This document shows, one piece after another, positions 32,829 through 42,367 of a stretch of DNA of 64,000 nt. Made by a program: the position numbers and the translations under genes. The notes under the pieces are model-generated. The model had not been told where the DNA came from. It worked only from the letters and a program-made list of their open reading frames with translations, and did not search any database. This stretch comes from an uncultured Gemmatimonadales bacterium (GTDB taxonomy: Bacteria > Gemmatimonadota > Gemmatimonadetes > Longimicrobiales > Gaopeijiaceae): assembly GCA_963823035.1 (NCBI GenBank), contig CAWGKG010000012.1, positions 288,001 to 352,000 on the forward strand. Reading direction: 5' to 3'. Each line of letters opens with the position of its first letter. The stretch's first letter is position 1.

Positions 32829-33558
32829 GCCTCAGCCGGCGTCGCCCTCCGCCGGCCACCAGGCGCGCCTTCACCTCCAGCAGCGTGCGGGCCGCCCAGG
32901 CGCCGTCCGGCGTTCCGGCCATCTCCTCGGCCATGCGGGCCAGCTCCGGCGCCGCACGGCCCGGCTGGCCCATCCGGTGGACATACAGCTCGACGAGCTC
33001 CCGACGCGCCAACGCCGCGATCCCGGGCGGCGGCGCCGACTCCGCGAGCGCCCGCCGGAACCAGCGGGCCGCGTCGTCGGGGCGATCGAGGTGGTCACGG
33101 TAGACGCGGGCGATCCGGAGGTAGGGGGCCGCATCGCGGGGATCCTCGGCGACGGCGAGCTCGAACGCGGTCACCCCCGCCTCGTAGTCACCGCGCGCGA
33201 CGAGCGACTCCGCGTAGGAGTACTGCTTCTTCGGCGGGGTCGTGCGGCCCGACGGTGCATGGAGCTTCGACGCGAGCGCGCCGGCTCGTCCGGTGATGAA
33301 GAGGGTGACCAGCGGCACGGCGGCGGCGAATCCGAGCGCACACAGCACGCCCACCCACACCGGCGAGCCCTTCTGGTGGAGGAACAAGCCCAGCGCGGCG
33401 CCGATCACGAAGCCCGGCAGCGAGCCCAGGAGGGCGATGGTGAGCACGCCGTGGTTCCTCGCGTCCGCGCCGCGCAGCCCGCGCGTCGGCGGCGGCTCCG
33501 GGAACCTCCGTCGCGACAGGTCGCGGCCCGAGAGCGGGTCCCGCCCGTATTGGACCAT
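32749..33558 (-). CDS. Membrane-anchored TPR protein (3' end uncertain)
   Basis: Two TM segments then AESLVARGDYEAG...PYLRIARVY helical repeats. Confidence 0.65.
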   Translation of the reverse strand: MVQYGRDPLSGRDLSRRRFPEPPPTRGLRGADARNHGVLTIALLGSLPGFVIGAALGLFLHQKGSPVWVGVLCALGFAAAVPLVTLFITGRAGALASKLHAPSGRTTPPKKQYSYAESLVARGDYEAGVTAFELAVAEDPRDAAPYLRIARVYRDHLDRPDDAARWFRRALAESAPPPGIAALARRELVELYVHRMGQPGRAAPELARMAEEMAGTPDGAWAARTLLEVKARLVAGGGRRRLRLSVRRAGSPGVEPPGTRTRRARRADG

Positions 33559-33583
33559 CGATCTCAGCGACGGTCCGGGACGG

Positions 33584-33829
33584 TCACGGCTCCCGCCGGT
33601 CGTCCCCCTCGTCCTCGGGTAGACCCCGCAGGGCCCGCGCGCGCCGCCGCAGCCACATCCCGAAGCCTCCGACCACGCCGAGCGGGAAGAGGCTCATGAA
33701 GGCCGTGGTGGCGAGGTACGCCGCCCGGTTCTCCTCCCGGGGATCGAAACACACCGGACAGGCGTGCGCCACCTCCGGCACCAGGACGAGGGCCAGGAGC
33801 ACGAGAACGGGGATCCAACGTCGACTCAT
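33584..33829 (-). CDS. Small cox-operon membrane protein with CxxC
   Basis: Signal peptide, AHA-CPVCF, C-terminal TM. Confidence 0.65.
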   Translation of the reverse strand: MSRRWIPVLVLLALVLVPEVAHACPVCFDPREENRAAYLATTAFMSLFPLGVVGGFGMWLRRRARALRGLPEDEGDDRREP

Positions 33830-33851
33830 CGTCCACTCCTCGCGCGAGGCA

Positions 33852-34454
33852 CTACAGGTACACCTTGAGATAGAGCACGGGCCAAACCAGCACCACGAAG
33901 TACCAGAACGCCTGCACGGTGGCGAACTCCGAAGCCGTGAGCTGCCGGCGGCGCAAGCGGAACCACGCCCACGCCAGGCAGAGGATCGCCGCGACGGCGT
34001 GCAGGGCGTGGGTGCCGACGATGAGGTAGAAGAAGCCGCCGTACGGGCTCGACTGCATCGTGAGCCCGTCCTGGAGCAACGCCACCCACTCCACGCCCTG
34101 GAAGACCACGAAGAACAGGCCGAGCAGAACGGACAGGGCGAGGGGCACCAGCGCCCGCGATGCCTTGCGCCTGTACGCGAAGTGGGCGATCAGCAGGATG
34201 AGACCGCTCGCCAGGAGCGCCGCCGTGTTCAGGGCGGTGGATTCCACCGGGAGGCGCGGCTGCCCGAAAGGCGGCCACATCTGCCCCGCCGCGCGCGACT
34301 TGACGATCGCGTGCGCCGAGATCATCCCCGCGAAGAGCATCGCCTCCGTGAAGATGAAGAGCATCATCCCCAGGACGCCGGACGACACGAGCCGCCGCGG
34401 GCGCCGCGGCTCGCGCTGGGCATCCATGGGCAGGGCCATGCTCCCGATGGACAA
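33852..34454 (-). CDS. Heme-copper oxidase subunit III-like (second)
   Basis: FIFTEAMLF, NTAALLASG, GTHALH, FWYFVVLVW. Confidence 0.88.
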   Translation of the reverse strand: MSIGSMALPMDAQREPRRPRRLVSSGVLGMMLFIFTEAMLFAGMISAHAIVKSRAAGQMWPPFGQPRLPVESTALNTAALLASGLILLIAHFAYRRKASRALVPLALSVLLGLFFVVFQGVEWVALLQDGLTMQSSPYGGFFYLIVGTHALHAVAAILCLAWAWFRLRRRQLTASEFATVQAFWYFVVLVWPVLYLKVYL

Positions 34455-34460
34455 CGTCGG

Positions 34461-35162
34461 CTAGCCTTTCTTCAGGGTCTTGATGTAGGCCAGCAGCTGA
34501 TCGGCCTTGTCCTGGTCGTACAGCGCACCCCAGGCCGGCATCAGCGCAGACCTGCCGACGGAGGCTCCGCCCTCGCGGATGGCCTTGATCAGCTCCTCGT
34601 CGGTCTTGCCCTGCCAGAAGGCGGGGTCGGTGAAGTTCGCGGGCTTGGGATCGAGCGCCGCCGATCCGGGCCCGTTGCCCTCGCCGGTGGTGCCGTGGCA
34701 GGTCGCGCATACGGTCTCGAACTGACCCTTGGCGTCGAAGGCCTGCTCCGTCGCGACCGCGACCGCCTCCGCAGGCTCCCCGGAGCCCCCTTCCGCCATG
34801 GCCGGCTCTGCTTCCTCTCCCTCGTCGTGGGGCAGCTCGATGCCCCGCGCCGTGGCCGCCAGTGCGGCATCGTTCACCCAGCGGTGCCCCGAATGCTCCA
34901 TCACGTCCGGCGCGACGCCGGCGAAGAAGAGGAACACCAACAGGAGCGAGGTGGTGAGCATCCACTTCATGATCCGCTTCTCCCACCGCAGATGCATGAA
35001 GTTCTGGATCACCAGATTCGCCTTGACGAGCGCGATCCCGAACGCCGTGATGAGCGTGAGCCACACGATGCCCAGGTGCGGACCGGCCACGCTGATGGCG
35101 AGGAGGATCACCAGCGTGACGTAGATCTTCTTGTAGTTCGGATGATTCGCTTGGTCTGACAT
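34461..35162 (-). CDS. Cytochrome c oxidase subunit IV fused to a monoheme cytochrome c
   Basis: VKANLVIQNFMHLRWE (subunit IV) then CATCH...LMPAW. Confidence 0.85.
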   Translation of the reverse strand: MSDQANHPNYKKIYVTLVILLAISVAGPHLGIVWLTLITAFGIALVKANLVIQNFMHLRWEKRIMKWMLTTSLLLVFLFFAGVAPDVMEHSGHRWVNDAALAATARGIELPHDEGEEAEPAMAEGGSGEPAEAVAVATEQAFDAKGQFETVCATCHGTTGEGNGPGSAALDPKPANFTDPAFWQGKTDEELIKAIREGGASVGRSALMPAWGALYDQDKADQLLAYIKTLKKG

Positions 35163-35184
35163 TTCGATGTCTACTCGGCTGGAC

Positions 35185-35757
35185 CTACTTGGCGATGTAG
35201 AGCAGGGGGAACAAGAAAATCCAGACAACGTCCACGAAGTGCCAGTAGATCCCGATCAATTCCACCCGATGGAGCTCGCGCCCTCGCGCCGCGTCCCTGG
35301 CGACGAACGCCATGATGATGGCGCCCGCGATCACGTGCAGGGCGTGCAGCCCCGCCGCCGTGTAGTAGAAGGACCAGAACCCGTTGGCTGTGATGGTGAA
35401 CCCCTCACGGATCTCGTGGGTCCACTCCAGGCTCTTCACGAGGATGAAAGTGGCCGCTCCGCCGATGGTCATCAGCAGGTAGCGGGCGGCCTGCTTCCCG
35501 TCGCCGTGCTCCGCCGCCTGGTGAGCCAGGACGGCCGTGAAGCTCGAGCTGAGCAGCACGAACGTGTTGAACGCGCCGATCCAGGTGTTCGTGCCGGCCG
35601 CGGCGTTGGCCCACTCCGGATGCCCGAGGCGGTGCATGACGTAGGAGGCCAGCAACCCCCCGAAGATCACGACCTCGGAGGCCAGGACCCACCAGATGGC
35701 CAGGCGGCCGGTGGGGATTCCGGTGGCGCTACGCGTGGTTGCGATGGGTCTCTGCAC
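35185..35757 (-). CDS. Cytochrome c oxidase subunit III (5-TM form)
   Basis: LASEVVIF, NTFVLLSSS, GLHALHV, YWHFVDVVW; GTG start. Confidence 0.9.
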   Translation of the reverse strand: MQRPIATTRSATGIPTGRLAIWWVLASEVVIFGGLLASYVMHRLGHPEWANAAAGTNTWIGAFNTFVLLSSSFTAVLAHQAAEHGDGKQAARYLLMTIGGAATFILVKSLEWTHEIREGFTITANGFWSFYYTAAGLHALHVIAGAIIMAFVARDAARGRELHRVELIGIYWHFVDVVWIFLFPLLYIAK

Positions 35758-35768
35758 GGTGCCTATCC

Positions 35769-36073
35769 TAGAAGGGTGATCGGAGCGGGGGGCGGGCCGC
35801 GTTGGAAACGCCACGGCCCCGAATCCAAGGCGGAACGCCGAAGGCATAGCCGTAGCTACGTCGAGGCGTGCCAACGTAGGAGGCGGGGCCGTGCCGCCCC
35901 AACCCTCGATCACGTAAGGTCTGTCCATCACGGTGTCGGGCGCATGGCGGTTTCGCGGTTGATCGTTCGTCACTCCTCGTCGCCGTAGCGCTGCTACGCC
36001 TCCTCGTCGTTCCTTCTCTGAACACGCGAAAGCGCCATGCGCGCGGCCCACCCCCCGCTCCGATCACCTTCCA
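35769..36073. mobile_element. MITE/REPIN-like non-autonomous element
   Basis: ~32-bp imperfect terminal inverted repeat (TAGAAGGGTGATCGGAGCGGGGGGCGGGCCGCG vs revcomp TGGAAGGTGATCGGAGCGGGGGGTGGGCCGCG); internal palindromes; no plausible protein. Confidence 0.7.
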
Positions 36074-37804
36074 CGCGGGCTGGGTCGGGGCGGGCGGCAG
36101 ATCCTGCGGCCAGTAGTCCTCCACCGCGGCGTCCGGGTGCCCGTACTCATAGGGGCCGCGATACACGTTCGGCAGCTCGTCCGGCGGCCAGTTGCCGTGC
36201 GGGGGCGGGGACTGCGTGGTCCACTCGAGCGTATTGGACCGCCAGGGGTTCTTCCCCGCCTTCGGCCCGCTGATCCAGCTCTTGATCACGTTCCAGAAGA
36301 AGAAGAGCTGGAAGAAGAGCATCACGACCAGCGCCACCGTCGCGACGATGCGCAGCGGCTGCAGGTGCTGGAGCTCGGGGAAGTTCTGGAAGTTGTAGAT
36401 GCGGCGGTGCTGGCCACCCAGCCCAAGCACGAAGAGCGGGATGAAGATGACGTTGAAGGGGATGATCGTGCCCCAGAAGTGGATCTTGCCCAGGGTGTCG
36501 TTCATCATCTTCCCGAACATCTTCGGGAACCAGTACGTGAACGCCGCGAACGTCCCGATGATCGCGATCGGGAAGAACGTGTAGTGGAAGTGCGCCAGCA
36601 CGAAGTAGGTGTCGTGCAGGTAGACGTCCGCTCCGCTCGCGCCGAGGAAGATCCCGGTCACGCCGCCGATCAGGAACTCGGCGACGAAGCTCAACGCCCA
36701 CAGCATGGGCGTGGTGAGCCGGATCGAGCCCCCGTAGAGCGTCGCGATGGTCACGAACAGCATCTCGGCGATGGGCACCGAGATCAGCAGCGTGGTGACG
36801 GTGAAGATGTTCGCCATCCGCGGGTCGATGCCCGCGATGAACTGGTGGTGGGCCCACACGAAGAAGCTCAGCACCGCCGTGGCGACCGCGGTGAAGAGGA
36901 TGATCTTGTAGCCGAACAGCTTCTTGCGGGCGAAGGTCGCGATGATGTCGATGACGATCCCCATGGCGGGGAAGAACACGACGTAGACCTCGGGGTGTCC
37001 GAAGAACCAGAAGAGGTGCTGCCAGAGGATCGGGTCGCCGCCTCGGGTCGGATCGTAGAACGCCGTTCCCAGGTTCTGGTCGAACAGCAGCATCACGGCG
37101 CCGGCGATGAGCGGGCCGACCGAGAGCATGAAGATGATGCTCGCGATGACGATCATCCACGGCGTGAGCGGGATGTCGTAGGCCTTCATCCCCGGAGCGC
37201 GTGAGTTCATCAGCGTGGTGATGAAGTTGATGCCGCCCAGGAGGAAGGCGACGAACTCCAGCGCCACCGCGGTGAGCCACATGCTCGAGCCCAGCGGGGT
37301 GAGGTTGTAGGTGGAGTTCGCCGACAGGGGCGGATACGACGTCCACGCGCCGCCGAAGCCGCCGCCCGGCACGAAGAGCGACGCGAGCACGACGATGACG
37401 CTCAGCAGGAAGATCTGGTAGGACAGCCGGTTGATGCGCGGGAACACCATGTCGTCCGCGCCGATCATGAGCGGGATGAGGAAGTTCCCGAAGGCGGCGA
37501 TCAGCACCGGCATCGCCACCCAGAAGATCATGATCGAGCCGTGGTTCGTGATCAGCGCGTTGTACTCGCCCGGCGAGACGACGCCGTACAGCGGCACCGA
37601 GGTACCGGGGAAGGCGAGCTGCATGCGGAACACGTACGCCATGAACCCGCCGACCATCGCCATGAACATCCCCGTGAAGAGATACTGCATGCCGATGACT
37701 TTGTGGTCCGTGGACCAGATGTACTTCAGGATTCCCTGCGGCCCGTGGTGCTCGTGAGCGCCGTGCTCGTGGGCGTGGGTCTCGACGGGGGCAGCCTGTG
37801 CCAT
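36071..37804 (-). CDS. ctaD: Cytochrome c oxidase subunit I, A1 type (ORF as assembled runs on to 35768)
   Basis: NHG, WFFGHPEVY, WAHH, HDTYFVLAHFHY, RR; true end inferred at the element boundary. Confidence 0.95.
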
Positions 37805-37820
37805 CGTTGCTATCCTCTCC

Positions 37821-38498
37821 CTACTGGGCGCTGGCGGGGCTGTGCTGGGCGATCCACTGCTCGTGCTCGCTCGCGGTCTGCACGTTGATGTGGCCGAGCA
37901 TCACCCCGTGTCCGATCCCGCAGATCTCGGCACACTGGATGTCGAACGTCCCGGTCTTCGTGGGACGGAACCACCCCGTGATCGTGCGGCCGGGCACCGC
38001 GTCCTGCTTCAGACGGAACACCGGAACCGAGAAGTCGTGCAGCACGTCGCGCGACTGGAGCTCGAAGTGGTACGTCCGGTCGTTCTCGACGTACAGGTTG
38101 TCCGTCGTGTAGATGTCGTCGGCCGTGTCCAGCTCACCGTCCTGGCCGGGATGCTGGAACACCCACGCCCACTGCTGACCGATCACGCGCACCGTGTAGT
38201 CCGCCTCGGGCAGGCGCTGCTTGATGTTGTACCAGACCTTCACGGCACCGACGATGATGAAGACGTCGCACACCAGCACGAGCGCGTGGGGGATGGTGAT
38301 CCACCGCTTGAGGTGCTTCTCCTTGCCGGTGATGTACTGCGTGCCCACGCCGGGCTTCTCGCGAAAACGGAAGATCAGCCAGAAGAAGACCGCTTCGGCC
38401 AGCACGAGCCAGAAGCCCACCAGGACCAGGACGAGCGCGATGAGCCCGTCGATGGAGCCGGCGAAGGTTGACGCCTCTTGGATCAGTCTCTCGACCAT
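37821..38498 (-). CDS. ctaC: Cytochrome c oxidase subunit II (CuA)
   Basis: Two TM helices; QQWAW, DVLH, CAEICGIGHGVM. Confidence 0.93.
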   Translation of the reverse strand: MVERLIQEASTFAGSIDGLIALVLVLVGFWLVLAEAVFFWLIFRFREKPGVGTQYITGKEKHLKRWITIPHALVLVCDVFIIVGAVKVWYNIKQRLPEADYTVRVIGQQWAWVFQHPGQDGELDTADDIYTTDNLYVENDRTYHFELQSRDVLHDFSVPVFRLKQDAVPGRTITGWFRPTKTGTFDIQCAEICGIGHGVMLGHINVQTASEHEQWIAQHSPASAQ

Positions 38499-38517
38499 GG
38501 ATCAGGTTCCGACTGGG

Positions 38518-38691
38518 TCAGAGGATGAACACGAAGACGGCGCCGATGAAGAGCGCCGCTCCGATCAGTGTGATGATGAAGGCGTGCTCGGCGTCGATGA
38601 GCGCCGGGTTCAGGTCGTCCGGCGGGGGTGCGAGGGACGGATCCTCGACCGCCTTGGGCGCCTCGGGCTCGTGTGCCACGTCGTGTGCCAT
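38518..38691 (-). CDS. 57-aa single-TM protein in the cox operon
   Basis: Manual translation MAHDVAHEPEAPKAVEDPSLAPPPDDLNPALIDAEHAFIITLIGAALFIGAVFVFIL*; fills the gap between operon genes. Confidence 0.65.
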   Translation of the reverse strand: MAHDVAHEPEAPKAVEDPSLAPPPDDLNPALIDAEHAFIITLIGAALFIGAVFVFIL

Positions 38692-38713
38692 GGTTCTGGG
38701 GTCTCTCCGGCGA

Positions 38714-39349
38714 CTACTTCAGGGTCTGGATGTAGGCGACCACGTTCAGCATCGCCTGGTCGTCGAGGACGAGCGTGTTCGGGCGCATGGTCTGGCCCGA
38801 GACGTCGGCCGGATCCGTTCCGCGGAGGCCGGACTTGAACTTGTGCAGCTGCGCGAGGAGGTACCAATCGGCCTGGCCGACGAGCGGCGGGGCGTTCACG
38901 GCCTGATTCCCCTGAGCCTGCGGGCCGTGGCACGCCGCGCACACCTGGTAGGTGGCCTGGCCGGCCTGCGGGTCGCCCACCTGGAGGGTGGGCTCGTAGG
39001 AGGACCGGGGCAGGCTGGCCACGTACTGCGCGACCGACTCGAGGTCGCCGGGAAGATCCAGCGTCCACGACATCGACTTCATGCGGATGCCGGTGGTGTC
39101 GAAGGGGTCGTAGCCGCGATGGGCGGTCTGGAACTTCTCCAGCTGCGCCTGGACGTACCACAGCGGCAGCCCGGCGATGTTCGGGGCGGCGAGCTGCGTC
39201 GTGCCATGGCCCTGGGGGCCGTGACACGGCGCGCAGTTGTCGAAGAGCGCCTCACCCCGGGCCAGGCCCGGCGTAGGAGCCTGATTGCAGGCCGCCGCAG
39301 CGACCAGCATCACCCCCACGGACCATCGCCTGCTGAAAAGTCGCGCCAT
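38714..39349 (-). CDS. Diheme cytochrome c4-type lipoprotein
   Basis: AAAC lipobox, CAPCH and CAACH, distal Met residues. Confidence 0.9.
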   Translation of the reverse strand: MARLFSRRWSVGVMLVAAAACNQAPTPGLARGEALFDNCAPCHGPQGHGTTQLAAPNIAGLPLWYVQAQLEKFQTAHRGYDPFDTTGIRMKSMSWTLDLPGDLESVAQYVASLPRSSYEPTLQVGDPQAGQATYQVCAACHGPQAQGNQAVNAPPLVGQADWYLLAQLHKFKSGLRGTDPADVSGQTMRPNTLVLDDQAMLNVVAYIQTLK

Positions 39350-39489
39350 GTGCCTCACCTGGTAGCTCGTTCGCCGTGGCGAGGGGCGCCCCTTGCCACG
39401 AACGAGACTCATTCGTCTGAGCGGACCGGCACCCCGCACCCGCGAAGGTGTTCCGCTCGCTCTCTTTCTACTGTCGTGGATTCCTGCGA

Positions 39490-39750
39490 CTACGCGGTGG
39501 ATCCCTCCAGCGGGATCGCCTCGTCGATGAGCATGATCGGGATATCGTCCCTCACGGGATACAGGAAGAGCCCGTCCTCCCGAACCAGTCCCTCACGGAC
39601 CGCCTCGGTGACGAGCTCCCCACCCCGGTTCCTGACGTCGCCGGCCTCGATCGCCGCGTTCAGGCGAGCCAGCAGGTCCGCGTCCGCCAGACGGACGGGC
39701 TGCTTGGTCTCTGGACACACGAGAATGTCCAGCAACGCCTGTTCGACCAC
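39490..39750 (-). CDS. Trm112 family protein
   Basis: LLDILVCPETK...YPVRDDIPIMLIDEA. Confidence 0.88.
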   Translation of the reverse strand: MVEQALLDILVCPETKQPVRLADADLLARLNAAIEAGDVRNRGGELVTEAVREGLVREDGLFLYPVRDDIPIMLIDEAIPLEGSTA

Positions 39751-39930
39751 TCGATGCCTCCTCGACGCCCCCTTTGCGCCGCTCCATGTACGCGGCTCCG
39801 CCCGATCCCGCAACTCCCCGGACGCCGAGGCGCCCTCTGGGATCTTTCGCGGAGCCGGAGTAAGTTATCAGGGTCGGCGGATGATCGGGAGACCGGGCCC
39901 GAAATGCAACCCGGAGGAACGGAGGCGGGC

Positions 39931-40439
39931 TTGAGCGCGCTACGAAAGACCTGGGCGGCCGGAGTGGTCGCGCTCTCGATGGTGGGTGCGTGCAGCCCCG
40001 CCGCGGGCGGCGACACGGCACCCACCACAGGATCGTCGGAGCGGACTGCGGTCGACACGACCCCGCGTCCCGCCCCGGGACACGCGTGGGTGATCTTCGG
40101 AGCGGACACCGTGGTGGCCGAGGTCGCCCGCACGAACGAGGAGCGTGAGCAGGGGCTCATGTATCGCCAGGAGCTGGCGGACGGCACGGGGATGATCTTC
40201 GTGTTCGACGACGCCGCCGTGCGCTCCTTCTGGATGCAGAACACCTACGTGGCGCTGGACATCGCCTACCTGGACGTATCGCTGCGCGTGGTCGACATCC
40301 AGCAGATGGAGCCGCAGACCACCGATCCGCACGAGAGCGCCGGCCCCGGCGATGTTCGCGCTCGAGGTGCCCGAAGGGGTGGTTCGCCGCGCACGGCGTG
40401 AAGGTGGGGGACCAGGCGCAGGTGGAGTTCGGGCGCTAG
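39931..40439 (+). CDS. DUF192 lipoprotein (C-terminal frameshifts)
   Basis: EREQGLMYR, GMIFVF, FWMQNT, FALEV. Confidence 0.85.
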
Positions 40440-41466
40440 CGGACCGCGCGTCATCCGGCGCACCACGGCCCGCATCGCCTCGACGCGGTCGCGCCGCCCC
40501 TCGAGGACGGCCGGCCACTCGGCGTCGAGCGCCTCCCAGATCCCCCGCCATCCCGCGAAGCCCGGAGATCCCCTCCCGCACCATGTAGGGGACGTAGTCC
40601 GCCTCCCCGCGCTCGCCGCGACGCGGCGCATGTACCACCCCGACGTGTAGAAGATCAGCCCGTGCCAGAGGTTCCGGTTCGCCTCGGCGCCCGCCTCCGC
40701 GAAGAGATCGCGGATCGTCTGGCGCGAAGGCGCCCTGGATCCGGTCGTCGTGGCACGCCTCGTGGAAGACGATCTCCATCCCGGAGAGGCCCCGGTTTCC
40801 CGGGTCCGTGGACCAGACCACCGTGTGCGTCGGCCGGACCGACGTGTACCCGCCCTGCCAGTTCGCGTACGCCGACACGTCCACGCGGATCCTGCCATCC
40901 GGCCAGCGCCCCCCGAAGCTCCGCTCCGCGTAGGGCCGGATAGCCGTCCTCGTAGGGTCCACCAGCGCGCCCACGTCGGCCACCCAGCGCGCGGTTCGCC
41001 CGGTCGTGCCCGGGCCACCACCGCGCGAGGTAGACCGGCATCGCGGCGCCGCAGCGCGGCGGCGACGCCGGGGATGTCGTCCGGCGGGTCCGCAGCGCGG
41101 ATCCCCGTGCAGCCCGAGGAGCGCCTCCTTCAGCTCGAGCATCCCGTCGTCGAAGTGGTCGCGCTCCGCGACCTCCGCCCGGTAGAAGTCGAGCGCGCAC
41201 GGACCAGGCGCGCTCGCTCGGCCTTCGTCCAGCGCGTCGAGCTGCGCCCGCTCCGGCACCGGCACCTCGGCCCGCCCCGTCCCCAGCCCACGGTCCGCCC
41301 GCGCCCACTGGTAGAGGAAGTGGTGCAGGTTGATCCAGGGGTCGCTGTGGAAGGAGAAGTGCGCGGTCTCGCAGCACGAGGCTCCGCCTCCTGCCCGCTG
41401 CCCGTCGAGGGGAGAAGCACACCGCCGCGAGCACCGCGGCCGCCGATCGCCGACCGCCCTCCGCAT
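40436..41466 (-). CDS. Hypothetical secreted protein, possible HExxH metallopeptidase (many frameshifts)
   Basis: WINLHHFLY, EIVFHEACH, LWHGLIFYT. Confidence 0.5.
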
Positions 41467-41519
41467 CCTCACCTCCCGTGGCCGAGCTCCGCGGCCGCCA
41501 TCCCGGCGCCTGCGGCCAG

Positions 41520-42367
41520 CTACGCGTAGCGTCCCGGCGCAGGTCGGCTCCGTCTTGTAGGAATCGGCGCCCGTCTCGGCCGGCCCGGTCCAGGAAGCGT
41601 CGGGGCGTCTCGCCGAGAAGCGCGCGACACTCGTGCACGAAGTGCGCATGGTCGGCGTAGCCCACCGCGAGCGCGCCGCGCACGTCGTTGCCCCCGGCGC
41701 CGCGCCGCATGGCGCGAGAGCGCCCGCAGGAGGCGATGGACGCGCTGCACGGCCTTCGGCCCGAGGCCGACGTGCTCGCGCACCGCGTCGCGCAGCGCCC
41801 GCGTGGAGACGCCCGAGCCGCCGGCCCACCGCGCGCACCGTGGAGCCGGGCGCCGCCAGCCAGCGTCGCCATGAGCCCGCGCACCCGCCAGTCCGGGATC
41901 CGCGCCGTCGCGACAGCCTCCGGTCGAGGAAGCCGAGCACGACGTCGGCCGCCGCCGGCGGGATCGGGCGCGTCCTCGAGCCGCCGCGTCAGCGCCGCGC
42001 CCTCGGCGCCGAAGAGGTCGTCGAGGCGCACGCCCCGGTCCGTGAGCTCGGGCGCGGGGAGGCGCGTGAAGCGCCGGTGAGCCCACCCACCGCGAGGCGG
42101 ACGCCGACCGTCCAGGCCCGCGCGCGCTGGTCCACGTCGACCCACCGGGAGCGGGCGCCCACCACCGGCCACGCAGCGTCCGGCCGTCGGCGAGCGATGG
42201 AGGATCACGTGCGGGGTGGGGTCGGCCACCACCCGCCAGCGGGCGGCGGCGGCCTCGTCCGGGGCGGGGAGGATCCAGGTGCCTCGACCACGGCCCCCGA
42301 GCGCGCGCGGGCACCGGGTGCCGACGCCGCGGCGGCCGCCGCGGCCTCCCTGGTCGAGTGAGATCAC
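41520..42367 (-). CDS. AraC family regulator (frameshifted)
   Basis: EHVGLGPK..RVHRL, GYADHAHFVHECRALLGETP. Confidence 0.75.

Noticed and set aside
35768..36070. C-terminal extension of CoxI or N-terminal extension of CoxIII
   Set aside because: Both are translations through the inverted-repeat element.
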